Shown: positions 9,000-18,369 of the stretch, piece by piece
Numbering within the stretch: the stretch's first letter is position 1
Layout of the letters: every line of letters begins with the position of its first letter
Source: a virus
Taxonomy: Duplodnaviria > Caudoviricetes
DNA length: 64,000 nt
Direction: 5' to 3' (one strand)
IMG/VR virus record: IMGVR_UViG_3300036958_000855
Coordinates: 19,652-83,651 of that record
Program-made: the position numbers and the translations under genes
Notes under the pieces: model-generated
The model's database searches: none
Told to the model about the DNA's origin: nothing
Seen by the model: only the letters and a program-made list of their open reading frames with translations

Positions 9000-11921
9000 C
9001 TACCCCGTGGACGTCGGGCTTGGCCCGAAGCTCCGGTTGGAGGTTGAGGTCGAGTGGCGGTCTACCACCTCCGCGAGCGTCGCCCCGTCCACCTCAAGCC
9101 GAATGTTCGAGGTGACGTTGACCGGCTGCGGGTTCACCACGACCGGCGCTGGCGCCGCGGGCGCCGCGGGGAACATGCCCATCGCTGGCGACGGCGCTCC
9201 CATGCCCGGAATGGTTGGGGCAGCCGGTGGCGCGCCACCGGGCGCTGCTGGGGCGAGCGCGGGTTGCATCGGCTCTGCTGGCAAAGCCGTCGGGCGCGCG
9301 GGTGTAGGCGCCGCTGCGGGCGCGGGTCGCCCACTCGGCTGCGGAGGCAACCCCAACGCCCCACCGAGGTCGCGCATCATGTCCACCTTGGCGCCCTCCA
9401 CGGCTGCCTTGATGCCGAGGTCCTTCCCGAACGCCTTGCCGAGCGAGTCGATGATGCTGGCGATGGAGCTGACCATGGCGGTCACGGCGCCTACGATGGC
9501 CTGCACCACGCCGAACACCACCATGGCGAGCCCTTGCCACATCGTCGGCCAGTCGCCCGTGAACAAGCCGCGCAGGAACGTCCAAACGCCCATCACGACA
9601 GACACGATGCCGCTGAAGATGCTCACGATGCCGCTCACGACGGAGCCAGCAACGCCGACGAGGATGCTCACAGCGTAAACGATGGCTGCGATGACGTAGG
9701 CAAAGATGGCGCCAACGGCGCCAATGACGGCGCCGAGGGTCTGCCACCCGGAGCGGTTCTTCTCTCCTGCAACGTCCGCGGACCCGAAGGCGCCGAGGAG
9801 CTGGCCGAACGAGTCGATGAGAAGCCCGAACGCACCCCCAAGCACGCCAATCACCGGACCCATCGCCTTGAAGCCGCTGACGAGCCCGGTCCAGACGTCC
9901 ACAACTATCTGAACGCCCTGCACGATGAGCCCGAAGACCGTGGCGAGCCCCTGCCCAACCGTGCGCCCGACTTGCTCGAACTGCTCATACGCCGAGGCGT
10001 TGTCCTCCGCACTCGACTTCGAGAACCCGAGCGCGGCGCCTAGCGCCTGCAAGCTCGTGACGAGGGACTGGAATGCTGGTGCGAGCGCGTCCATCCCCGT
10101 GGAGAACCCGGCGCTGATGCCAGACACGAACGCCTTGAGGCGCTCCCAGTACAACCAGATGGTAGTGATGGCGTTCTTCACCCCGTCCCCGAGTCCCAAG
10201 TAGGCGGTCGCCGCGTCGCCCGTCAGCTTGCCGTTGCCTTCCATGAGCCCCTGGAATGCCGTCAAGGCGCCAGATGCCTGTCCGAACACGGACTGGAACC
10301 ACGTGCCGAACCCTCCAAGGTTCTTCTGAATAGCCGTGTAGAAGCCGTACGCCACCCCGGCTGCCGCAACAAACGCGGCGCCGACGTACTGCATCACGGC
10401 GACAACCGCCGCTGCCGCGATGAGGATGACCTCCCATCCAACCGCGGCGAACGCTGCCGCAAGCGCGGCGACCGCCGCGACCGTCGTGAGGATGGTGCCC
10501 GCCACGACGAGCAAGATGGAGCCGATGGCAGTCCCGCCAACGAGGAGCTTGCGCAGCGGCGCTGGTAGGTTGTTGAACGCCACCACCAGCTTGTTGATGA
10601 TCTGGAGCATGTACCCAAGAATCGGCGCCAGCACGTCGCCAATCTTCACGAGGGCAATCTGAAGGTTCGACTTGAGCACGGTCGCTGCGAACTCCCCCGT
10701 CTGCGCCAGCGTCTTGAAGGCGCTGTCCGTGGCGCCCGCGGAGCCGCGCACCTGCTTGATGAAGTCGAGGAACTTGGCACCTCCACCAGCAGCCATGACG
10801 TTGACGGCATTGAGCGCCTCCGTGCTCGACCCGAACAGAAGTTCCATGCTGTCCGCGGCAAGCTTCGGGTTGTTGATGATGTCCATCATGAAGCGCTCGA
10901 AGCCCTTGCTCCGAAGCGCGGCGCTGTTGAACTCGATGCCGAGGCGCTTTGCTTCGGCGGCAGCCTTGCTCGTTGGCTTGATAATCTGGTCGAAGACCGC
11001 CTTCATCCCTGTGATGGCTTCATCGGTCTTGATACCACTTGCCGTGAGCGCAGCGATGGTTGCTGTGAGGTCCGCGATGCTCACCTTGAGGACCGCTGCC
11101 GTAGGGGCAACGCGCCCGATGCCTTCCGAGAGCTTGCCAACTCCCATGTCGCTGCCGCCGAGGCGCACGGCAGCGAAGAACATGTCGCTCACCTCCGTTG
11201 CCCTCGTGAGCGACATGCCGTAGGCGTTGAGCGTTCCCATGAGCCCGTTCATCGCCACGTCCACCGACACTAACCCGCCGATGGCGAGCTTGTTCGACGC
11301 CTCCAGCACAGCGACCGCATCCGCGGCTTTCTCGGCGCCGCTACCGATGGCGGTGTAGAGCGCCGCAGCTTGCGTTTCGAGGTCGCCACCGAACTGCTGC
11401 GACATGCTCATCACGATGTCGCGCAAGCGAGTCACGGGGAACTCCGTCTGGTTCGCGATGGTGGATATCTTCGCGATGGCCGTCTCGAACTTGTTCGACG
11501 CATCCGTGGCGCGCCCAAGAAAGCTCAGCCCAGCCATGCCAACGTCGTGCATCTTCTGGCCTGCTTGCCCAATGCGGTCCCATGCTTGGTCTAGGCTCTG
11601 GGTGAGCTGCGCCTCTTTGCCGCTCAAGCGAGTCACGGGGAACTCCGTCTGGTTCGCGATGGTGGATATCTTCGCGATGGCCGTCTCGAACTTGTTCGAC
11701 GCATCCGTGGCGCGCTCAAGAAAGCTCAGCCCAGCCATGCCAACGTCGTGCATCTTCTGGCCTGCTTGCCCAATGCGGTCCCATGCTTGGTCTAGGCTCT
11801 GGGTGAGCTGCGCCCCTTTGCCGCTCAAGCCCTGCATGGCGTTCCCGACCTGGGAGAAGACCGCGCTTGCGGCATCCTTGGCGGTGATGAGGAAGCCCAA
11901 ACCCAAGTTATTCAAAGCCAT
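9000..11921 (-). CDS. Tail tape measure protein (TP901-like core, 973 aa)
   Basis: Long Ala/Gly-rich helical protein, GIKTDEAITGMKAVF-type core, hydrophobic segments, canonical position after the tail chaperones. Confidence 0.9.
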   Translation of the reverse strand: MALNNLGLGFLITAKDAASAVFSQVGNAMQGLSGKGAQLTQSLDQAWDRIGQAGQKMHDVGMAGLSFLERATDASNKFETAIAKISTIANQTEFPVTRLSGKEAQLTQSLDQAWDRIGQAGQKMHDVGMAGLSFLGRATDASNKFETAIAKISTIANQTEFPVTRLRDIVMSMSQQFGGDLETQAAALYTAIGSGAEKAADAVAVLEASNKLAIGGLVSVDVAMNGLMGTLNAYGMSLTRATEVSDMFFAAVRLGGSDMGVGKLSEGIGRVAPTAAVLKVSIADLTATIAALTASGIKTDEAITGMKAVFDQIIKPTSKAAAEAKRLGIEFNSAALRSKGFERFMMDIINNPKLAADSMELLFGSSTEALNAVNVMAAGGGAKFLDFIKQVRGSAGATDSAFKTLAQTGEFAATVLKSNLQIALVKIGDVLAPILGYMLQIINKLVVAFNNLPAPLRKLLVGGTAIGSILLVVAGTILTTVAAVAALAAAFAAVGWEVILIAAAAVVAVMQYVGAAFVAAAGVAYGFYTAIQKNLGGFGTWFQSVFGQASGALTAFQGLMEGNGKLTGDAATAYLGLGDGVKNAITTIWLYWERLKAFVSGISAGFSTGMDALAPAFQSLVTSLQALGAALGFSKSSAEDNASAYEQFEQVGRTVGQGLATVFGLIVQGVQIVVDVWTGLVSGFKAMGPVIGVLGGAFGLLIDSFGQLLGAFGSADVAGEKNRSGWQTLGAVIGAVGAIFAYVIAAIVYAVSILVGVAGSVVSGIVSIFSGIVSVVMGVWTFLRGLFTGDWPTMWQGLAMVVFGVVQAIVGAVTAMVSSIASIIDSLGKAFGKDLGIKAAVEGAKVDMMRDLGGALGLPPQPSGRPAPAAAPTPARPTALPAEPMQPALAPAAPGGAPPAAPTIPGMGAPSPAMGMFPAAPAAPAPVVVNPQPVNVTSNIRLEVDGATLAEVVDRHSTSTSNRSFGPSPTSTG
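11424..11830. repeat. 201-nt in-frame tandem duplication (2 copies, 2 mismatches) in the tape measure gene
   Basis: CAAGCGAGTCACGGGGAAC... starts at 11424 and again at 11625; the 67-aa repeat LSGK(G/E)AQLTQ...TEFPVTR differs at 2 residues. Confidence 0.95.
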
Positions 11922-12089
11922 GGCGCTTGCTCCAATGTTGTTTCCGTGCCACGGCTTTGCTTATGAGCGAACAACCGGCGTGACGAGCGTGATGGCCGGG
12001 CTCATCGCGAGAGGGCAAGCATGGGTGCACGTTGGTGGTCCGCGCACGCTGTCGCGTCCGAAAGGCAGACGTGCACGAGTATGATGGGT

Positions 12090-12389
12090 TCAGCGCCATC
12101 GCGACCTCCTACCAGAGCGCGTGTTGGCGCGCCGGATGGCAGCGGCCTCCTGCTTCCGGTACTCCTCGACTTGCTCGTACCACCATTCCATACGGCTCCA
12201 GTCTAGCTCAAAAGCCTCGGTCAGCGTAAGGTTCGAGCCGCTTCCGCCGTGAGAACGGTACGTAGCCGCGAAGAGCTTGTTCCACAAGTCGTCCCCGTTC
12301 ACGGGGAACAATAGCGCGGCTTGCTCGGCGTTCAGGTCGCCGATGTCAGCGGCTTCTTCCGAGGCGCCCAGAATGGGCGGTCGAAAGGG
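12090..12389 (-). CDS. -1 frame extension of the tail assembly chaperone (GT-like product)
   Basis: The -1 frame is open from slippery C-CCT-TTC (12389-12383) to the stop at 12090: PFRPPILGASEEAADIGDLNAEQAALLFPVNGDDLWNK...WWYEQVEEYRKQE. Confidence 0.7.
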   Translation of the reverse strand, partial: PFRPPILGASEEAADIGDLNAEQAALLFPVNGDDLWNKLFAATYRSHGGSGSNLTLTEAFELDWSRMEWWYEQVEEYRKQEAAAIRRANTRSGRRSRWR

Positions 12390-13099
12390 AGGTCAACGTC
12401 CAGGATGGCGCCGCAGTGCGGGCACTCAACCTCGATGGTCGTGTTCACGCCACCGTCGCTCTCGTCCATCGTCGCGATGAACTCGGTCGCGTCGCCCATG
12501 TCGAGGTCGTCGAGCCACCGCAGCTTGTCGTTCGCATGCACGCCGTCGATGTCGATGATGCGCGCTGCGAGCGAGATGGTGGCGATGCGCGACGCCCCAG
12601 CTTGCCTGCTCTGCGCCATCCGCTTGGACGCTTGGCGCTCATCATCGCCGTTGAGCAATCGGTACGTCACGCGGCGCCCGGCAAGCTCGCTCTCGAACAC
12701 GTTGCCTTCCGCGACGATGCGCTTGCTGTCTTCTGGCAACGACTTGACTGGCAAGTCGTCGAGCAGGTTCACGCTCCACTCGAAGCGCTGTCGGCACATC
12801 TGCTGCGTGCACTGCAAGCCGAAGTCGTACTGCGCGCCGTAGGTGGCGATGCGGATGTGCATGAGCGCCACGAAGCGGTCGCACACCAGCACCTTCCCCC
12901 AGTTCCCCTTGCCTTGCTCGAACGACGGGTAGATGCCGTGGTCCGCGGTGCTCATCCAACACGCGGCGAGCACTTGGTCGAGCGCTCCGCCAGAGCGGAG
13001 GAACGATGGGCTTGTGAAGAGGTTGGCCTCCTTGGTCTTGAGGCCGCGAACTTCTCCGGCGAGGCCGGATGGACAGACGACAGAGCGAATCTCGGACAT
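12332..13099 (-). CDS. Tail assembly / baseplate hub chaperone, T4 gp26/gp51-like
   Basis: DRFVALMHIRIATYGAQYDFGLQC...C and IEVECPHCG zinc-ribbon motifs; between tube and tape measure; start MSEIRS. Confidence 0.7.
   Translation of the reverse strand: MSEIRSVVCPSGLAGEVRGLKTKEANLFTSPSFLRSGGALDQVLAACWMSTADHGIYPSFEQGKGNWGKVLVCDRFVALMHIRIATYGAQYDFGLQCTQQMCRQRFEWSVNLLDDLPVKSLPEDSKRIVAEGNVFESELAGRRVTYRLLNGDDERQASKRMAQSRQAGASRIATISLAARIIDIDGVHANDKLRWLDDLDMGDATEFIATMDESDGGVNTTIEVECPHCGAILDVDLPFDRPFWAPRKKPLTSAT
12365..12389 (-). promoter_or_regulatory. Programmed -1 ribosomal frameshift signal (slippery heptamer plus 3' hairpin)
   Basis: mRNA C CCU UUC (X XXY YYZ) in the correct phase, followed 3 nt later by stem CGCCCA-UUC-UGGGCG. 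Confidence 0.7.
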
Positions 13100-13155
13100 G
13101 GGCGTGACTCCCTTCGCGTTCCTGCGCAGGCGCGGTGCGGCGCGCCCGCCACTTG

Positions 13156-13617
13156 CTACGACACGATGTCGAAGTAGTCGTACTGGAGCGTGATGGACTC
13201 GATGACCGTCTCGTCGGCCTCGTTGTCCCAATCCCCAGCGACGAACTTCGACGGCCAAGCGCCCGTGAGGCGCCATCGGCGAAGCGTGGTCCCATCACGC
13301 TCCTGTTGCACGATGTCGAGGTTCTTGCGGAACGAGGGGTCCGCCTTGCCTGCGTTGGCAGCGGCGTTCGCCACGTCCTTGTACCAGCGGAACATGTCGA
13401 GGTCGCTCGTGGCGCCGCGCTCCAACGTCAGTTCGGAGAACGTGATGCGTCCGGGCGACTTGTTGGCGATGAGCGTGCCACCCTCGCTGTACTCGACAAC
13501 CGCGACCTCGCTCGACAACTCGCTGCACTTCTGGAAGTGCGATGACGCGAAGCCATCGACCTCGACGACGAACTTGTACTTGTGGTGGAACTTCCTGGGC
13601 GTGCCTACGACTGGCAT
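13156..13617 (-). CDS. Tail tube protein, T4 gp19-like
   Basis: [10 protein letters not shown]...YSEGG...[14 protein letters not shown]...[11 protein letters not shown]...[11 protein letters not shown]. Confidence 0.95.
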   Translation of the reverse strand: MPVVGTPRKFHHKYKFVVEVDGFASSHFQKCSELSSEVAVVEYSEGGTLIANKSPGRITFSELTLERGATSDLDMFRWYKDVANAAANAGKADPSFRKNLDIVQQERDGTTLRRWRLTGAWPSKFVAGDWDNEADETVIESITLQYDYFDIVS

Positions 13618-13628
13618 GGCGTGCCTCC

Positions 13629-15854
13629 TTACGCAGCAGTATCAAACGCGCGCGTGTCCTGCGAGAAGCGCAAGACGATGAACTCGGCAGGCTTCTGCGT
13701 AGCCAGCCCGATGCGCCCGACGAGCTTGTTGGCGAACACGACGGCGGGAGTGTTGAGCCCCTCGCCGAAGTCCACGAGGAACGCCTTCGCGGGGTCTTGC
13801 GACCGGAAGGCACGATGCTTCATCTGCACTGTGAGGAAGCCCTCCACAGTGCGCGCCACGGACGCACGCAGCAGCTCGTCGTTGTTCGAGTGGCGCGCGT
13901 ACTGGAGGCCGTCCTTGATGGACTGCTCGATGAAGATGACGCCCCTGCGCTCACTCACGCTGGGGAAGTTCCCGTTGGCCTTGAGCGTGCGAGAGCCGTC
14001 GATGTAGCACGGCGACCCCTTGATGCGCGTGATGGGGTTGATGCGCTTCGGGTACACGAGGTCGCGCTTCGCCTCGTCGAGCACCTCGTCCGTCTCGAAC
14101 CCAAGGCACCCGAACACAACGCCGCGCTCCGTGCCCGCGGGCGCATCATAGACGCCACCACCGCGCGCCGCATCGGTGCGTGCGCAAACGCCAGCGACGT
14201 AGCCGCTAGGCGCAACGGTGATGGTAGTGCCAGACCCGAACACCGCGGTGCTCGGGTTCGCCACCTTGATGCGAGGCCAGTAGATGGCGCCGAACTCGCT
14301 CAGTCCGAGCAGCGCTGCCGTCGTTTCCACGTATGTCACGATGTCGGTCGCGCTCATCGCGGCAGGCGGGTCGAGGATTGGGAACACCGAACGGTTTCGC
14401 GTCACCTCGCAATACGCAACCATCGCGTTGTGCACCGCGCTCGTGGCGCGACCGGGGATGATGAGGAGCGCGAGGTCGAGCGCAAGGTCGAGCGTGCGCA
14501 TCCCAACGCGCCCGTTGACGCCGACGCCTCCAGTGAAGTCCGCATCGACGAGCCCGACGAGGCCATCGTCACCTCCGGTCAGAGGCCCAAACGTGCCGAC
14601 GGCTGGGCCATACCCGGAGAGCAGGTCCGTGAGCGTGATGTAGTTGGAGCCCGTGCTCTCATCGTTCACGACCGTCTCGTAGTAGTCGTCGGATGCAGAG
14701 TCGGTCGAGAGGTTGGGCCACGTCTCCAGAATGACGCCAGCGCGCACGATGAGCAGGTTGAAGCACGCTGCTTCCCCGTTCGTCGCCGCAGCAATCTGGA
14801 TGGAGAGGGCGTTGGCGTAGGTGCCGTCGTACTTGGCATCCACGTCGATGACGTTGACCACGCCTCCAGCGGAGCCGCTGTGCGTGGCGTTGTCGAAGCC
14901 GAACTCGTCGTCGGCGGTGCTGCTCGCCTGCACCTGCACGCTGGAGCTTGCTCCGGTCGTGCTGCTCGTGATGCGCAAGTAGCCACCAACCACGCTCACA
15001 GCGCACCCAGCGACAGCGGCCTCGATGACCGTTTCCGCTTCCGCAGCGCTCACCTGCGTGATGTCTGCGACGTTGCCTGTGCCCTGCACTTCTGCGGTGT
15101 TGAAGGCGAGCGCCGTGTTCGCCGTGCCTCCAGTCACCTCGATGTACGAGCCGGTGCCCTTCGTGTCACTCGTGATGGTCACCTTGGTTCCGCCACTCGT
15201 CACCGTGGCGCGGGCGCCAGCGACATTGGCGTTGATGACCGCGGCGACTTCCTCTGCGGTCGCGTTGGCGATGTCCACGAACTCGCTCGTCAGAAACGCA
15301 ATGGTCTGCACTGCGCCGCGGTCCACCTTGAGGATGAGGGTCTGGCCGTTGCTCAGCGCGTAGGTTTCAGCAGGCGTGTTCTCGCGCGCCGCAGCCGTGG
15401 CGTTGAACGTGGCGGTTGCCGGGAGCCCGCCGTCGATGGCGACCACAAGAGTGTCGCCGTGAGCAAGCGCCCAGGGCGCCGCAACCGACGCAGCAGCGTA
15501 GCCAGCAGACGCGGCGACCGCGTCGCTCTGCAACGTGAGGCTAGCTGCCGCGCTCGTTTTGGTCGTTGGGTCGCTGGCGTCGGTGCAATGCACGACGCGC
15601 GCGACATACGCCTTCTGGCCTTGCTGGTTGGTCCACCAGCCATCGAGCGCTTGCGCGACTTCTCCCGACGTCACGTAGCCACCGAAGATGGCTTTGAACT
15701 GCTCGGGCGAGGTCACCTCGACATACTCGCCAATCGGTCCCTTCTCGGTCACACCGACCACCCCAAGCACGGAGGTGGGCGCGGACGGAATCTGCCGAAT
15801 CTGCGGCTCTTCCTCTTCGATGACGATCTTCGACGACAGGAGCAACGACGACAT
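13629..15854 (-). CDS. Tail sheath protein (741 aa)
   Basis: [11 protein letters not shown]-terminus; [53 protein letters not shown]. Confidence 0.95.
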   Translation of the reverse strand: MSSLLLSSKIVIEEEEPQIRQIPSAPTSVLGVVGVTEKGPIGEYVEVTSPEQFKAIFGGYVTSGEVAQALDGWWTNQQGQKAYVARVVHCTDASDPTTKTSAAASLTLQSDAVAASAGYAAASVAAPWALAHGDTLVVAIDGGLPATATFNATAAARENTPAETYALSNGQTLILKVDRGAVQTIAFLTSEFVDIANATAEEVAAVINANVAGARATVTSGGTKVTITSDTKGTGSYIEVTGGTANTALAFNTAEVQGTGNVADITQVSAAEAETVIEAAVAGCAVSVVGGYLRITSSTTGASSSVQVQASSTADDEFGFDNATHSGSAGGVVNVIDVDAKYDGTYANALSIQIAAATNGEAACFNLLIVRAGVILETWPNLSTDSASDDYYETVVNDESTGSNYITLTDLLSGYGPAVGTFGPLTGGDDGLVGLVDADFTGGVGVNGRVGMRTLDLALDLALLIIPGRATSAVHNAMVAYCEVTRNRSVFPILDPPAAMSATDIVTYVETTAALLGLSEFGAIYWPRIKVANPSTAVFGSGTTITVAPSGYVAGVCARTDAARGGGVYDAPAGTERGVVFGCLGFETDEVLDEAKRDLVYPKRINPITRIKGSPCYIDGSRTLKANGNFPSVSERRGVIFIEQSIKDGLQYARHSNNDELLRASVARTVEGFLTVQMKHRAFRSQDPAKAFLVDFGEGLNTPAVVFANKLVGRIGLATQKPAEFIVLRFSQDTRAFDTAA

Positions 15855-15868
15855 GGCTCACCTCGTAG

Positions 15869-16144
15869 TCAGTCTTGTACCACGAACAAGATGCCTCGCG
15901 CGACTGCCCGTCGTAACACGGGGCTCTTCCCGATGACATCTGGCAGGTTGCGCTTCGTTTCGCCCGGCAGCCACGTGAGCGCCCCAGGCAGTTCCCGCTC
16001 GACAAGGCGACGGTGTTCGTTCCCGTCCTTGTCGTAATCCAGCAGCACAGCGCTGAAGTGGGAGCCCGCGCACTCCGGGTGACCGCCGTAGTTTGCGCCG
16101 CGCTCCAGGTTCAGCACGAAGTGTTCCTTTGCTCTCACGTTCAT
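15869..16144 (-). CDS. Hypothetical protein (91 aa)
   Basis: Start MNVRAKE; fills the gap directly upstream of the sheath gene. Confidence 0.5.
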   Translation of the reverse strand: MNVRAKEHFVLNLERGANYGGHPECAGSHFSAVLLDYDKDGNEHRRLVERELPGALTWLPGETKRNLPDVIGKSPVLRRAVARGILFVVQD

Positions 16145-16169
16145 CTTGGCCTCCGAGGTGTGCGGTTCC

Positions 16170-17255
16170 TCAGTCGTTCCAGTAGTCCTCCGAGCGGTAC
16201 TGGTATGGGCCGTCGCCGGGTTGCCCGGAAACAGCACCAGTCCCAAGTGTTACACCATCCGGCTCTTGCACGGAAACAGCACCAGTCCCAAGTGTTACAC
16301 CATCCGGCTCTTGCACGGAACCCGGCAAGACAACATCCTCCAGCTCCCAAGTAGGCTCGGCGCCTGCGGATTCGCCAGCGGCGCCCGGCAAGCCGTCCGC
16401 GTCGTCCAAGTCCACGCCATAGACGCGAAACGTGGCGACTGCCTGCCGCACGTTGCTCTCGTTCTCGACGCTGCTCACGGCAAACTCTCTTACGAAGTCG
16501 ATGCGATAGCCGACGTCGCCTTGCGCCGCGTCGTCCTTGTCCCGAAGCACGCGCAGGTCCACCTGCCGGAAGATGCACTGCGAGCACTCCTTCACGAGCG
16601 CAAGAAGCTCGACCGTGGCGTTGCTGAGCGCCACGATGTCGAACTCCAAGTCGGTCGTGAGGCACGTACGCAACGTGCGCCACGACCCGTCTGGCATCCG
16701 CACCTGCTTGCGCGGGTTGAGGCTGTAAAGGCGGTTTTCCTCCAAGCGCGGACCCACGAGCACGACCGCAGGCAACGCCGCAAGCTCCGTGATGTTGCAC
16801 AAGTCCTGTGGGGAGCCGTCGTAGTCCGTGTGCGTCGTGAGCACGACGTTCTCCATCACCTCGCGCTTGAGAAGCTGAATGAGCGTGCGCGCCACGTTCT
16901 GTAGCGGGTTGTCCCCAGTGAGGTCCGGGCGCTTGAACTCGAAGGCGTTTGCCTTGGTCACCGTTTCGCCTGGGATGAGCACCCCATCTGCGTCGATGTT
17001 CTGCACCGTGACGCCAACAAGCTCCGGGTCGTGCGTCGGCGCCAACGCTACGAGCCGCGTTGGCGTCAGCACCCAGATGCGCAACGCTGGCACGACGCCG
17101 AACAGCACGCGCACCGGGTCTGGTGGCTTCGCTGCGCGCCCGCTCTCTGGCGGGTCTGCGTACTGCTGAAAGGCGGTGCCGACCACGGTGACAAGCCTAC
17201 GTCCCGACGTGCGCGCAGTGGTTGGGGTCACGGAGGTGATGGTCGGTACAGCCAC
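16170..17255 (-). CDS. IPT/TIG domain plus tail terminator-like protein
   Basis: N-terminal PTITSVTPTTARTSGRRLVTVVGTAF (IPT/TIG pattern); neck-to-sheath position. Confidence 0.65.
   Translation of the reverse strand: MAVPTITSVTPTTARTSGRRLVTVVGTAFQQYADPPESGRAAKPPDPVRVLFGVVPALRIWVLTPTRLVALAPTHDPELVGVTVQNIDADGVLIPGETVTKANAFEFKRPDLTGDNPLQNVARTLIQLLKREVMENVVLTTHTDYDGSPQDLCNITELAALPAVVLVGPRLEENRLYSLNPRKQVRMPDGSWRTLRTCLTTDLEFDIVALSNATVELLALVKECSQCIFRQVDLRVLRDKDDAAQGDVGYRIDFVREFAVSSVENESNVRQAVATFRVYGVDLDDADGLPGAAGESAGAEPTWELEDVVLPGSVQEPDGVTLGTGAVSVQEPDGVTLGTGAVSGQPGDGPYQYRSEDYWND
16226..16320. repeat. Exact 45-nt tandem repeat (2 copies) in the IPT-protein C-terminus
   Basis: CGGAAACAGCACCAGTCCCAAGTGTTACACCATCCGGCTCTTGCA at 16226 and 16271; encodes SVQEPDGVTLGTGAV twice. 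Confidence 0.95.
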
Positions 17256-17293
17256 GGGTCTAGCGTATCACATGCTGGACGGCGCAACCATCC

Positions 17294-17848
17294 CTACGAA
17301 CCCAAGCTCCCGCCGAGGAGCTTGGCGAGATGTTCCTGAAAACGCTGCTGGGACTTCGGCGCCTCCGCGGCGAACGCTGGCTGCACGAACGGGCGCGCCG
17401 GGATGCGGATGACGATGATGCGTGTGCCCGGTCCTGCCTTGGGAGGCGACCCCTTGAACAACACGCCGAAGAGGAAGCGGCGCATCTTGTCGGTCATGTT
17501 GAGCACGATGGTGCGACCCTGCTCGTGCGTGACAGCGAGGTTGTACTTGCCAGCACTGCGCGGAATGCCGATGAACGCCTCATCGCCCTTCTGCACCACG
17601 GTTACGGCGCCGAGAAGACCTCCGGTTGCGTTGAGCGGCTTCGAGCCTCCCTTCGCTCCCTTGCGCGTCTTGCGCGTGAGTGGGCTCAACGGCGGTGGCG
17701 GACCCCTCTGGATGTTGCGCTTGATGGCGCCTTCCAGCACGAGCGCTTCTAGGCGCACTGCTTGTTCGATAGCCTTCTCGATGTCGCCGGGTGCCGCGTT
17801 CAGAATCTTCGCGGCGAGCTTCCAGTCGCCGACGAGCTTGATGTTCAT
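17294..17848 (-). CDS. Neck / virion morphogenesis protein (HK97 gp10-like)
   Basis: PLSPLTRKTRKG...KPLNATGGLL...AVTHEQG...IPARPFVQPA. Confidence 0.75.
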   Translation of the reverse strand: MNIKLVGDWKLAAKILNAAPGDIEKAIEQAVRLEALVLEGAIKRNIQRGPPPPLSPLTRKTRKGAKGGSKPLNATGGLLGAVTVVQKGDEAFIGIPRSAGKYNLAVTHEQGRTIVLNMTDKMRRFLFGVLFKGSPPKAGPGTRIIVIRIPARPFVQPAFAAEAPKSQQRFQEHLAKLLGGSLGS

Positions 17849-18369
17849 CCCGCCACCCATGCACGCGCTGCCTGGTCGCGGGTCTGGAATGTCATGAGCA
17901 GCAGGTTGCGTGCGCGCCCCAAGCCGAATGAGGTTGGCATCACCTGAGTGCAGAACATCGGTTCTCGCACTTGCTGCACGAGCGCGCCGCACGTGTCGTA
18001 GATGGCGACAAGCCGGTCGCCAACGCGAAGTAGCGCCTCGCCCGTTGCCGTGTCCACCATCCCGGCAAGCTCCAAGTCTGCGAAGTGCAGCACGAGCGTG
18101 AGCATCGCTTGCGGGCTGTTGCCGGGGAAGAACTGCACGAGCTGGTCGTAGGTCACGACCTCGACTTGGCACTGCACGCGCACGGTCTTCTCCACGCGCT
18201 CCTCTGCGCCTGGGCCTTGCCCGGTCAACGGAGGCACCTTCACCAGCTCGCGGAAGTCGTCGTCGTAGCCGCTCGTAAGTGCGCCCGCGCCATCCGGGTC
18301 ACCCGCAGTCGCAAGCGTGTCGAGCTGGGCAATCTCTGCCACGAACGGGTTTAGGAGCTTTCCCCTCAT
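17845..18369 (-). CDS. Head closure / head-tail adaptor-like protein
   Basis: Position between head-tail connector and neck gene; short beta-rich protein. Confidence 0.6.
   Translation of the reverse strand: MRGKLLNPFVAEIAQLDTLATAGDPDGAGALTSGYDDDFRELVKVPPLTGQGPGAEERVEKTVRVQCQVEVVTYDQLVQFFPGNSPQAMLTLVLHFADLELAGMVDTATGEALLRVGDRLVAIYDTCGALVQQVREPMFCTQVMPTSFGLGRARNLLLMTFQTRDQAARAWVAG

Noticed and set aside
284-15854. eCIS, tailocin or T6SS interpretation of the tail cluster
   Set aside because: Capsid, protease, portal, terminase and replication genes are contiguous with it, so it is a phage tail
13542-16037. 831-aa plus-strand ORF
   Set aside because: Antisense shadow of the sheath gene; Arg/His-rich, no motifs; expected in high-GC DNA
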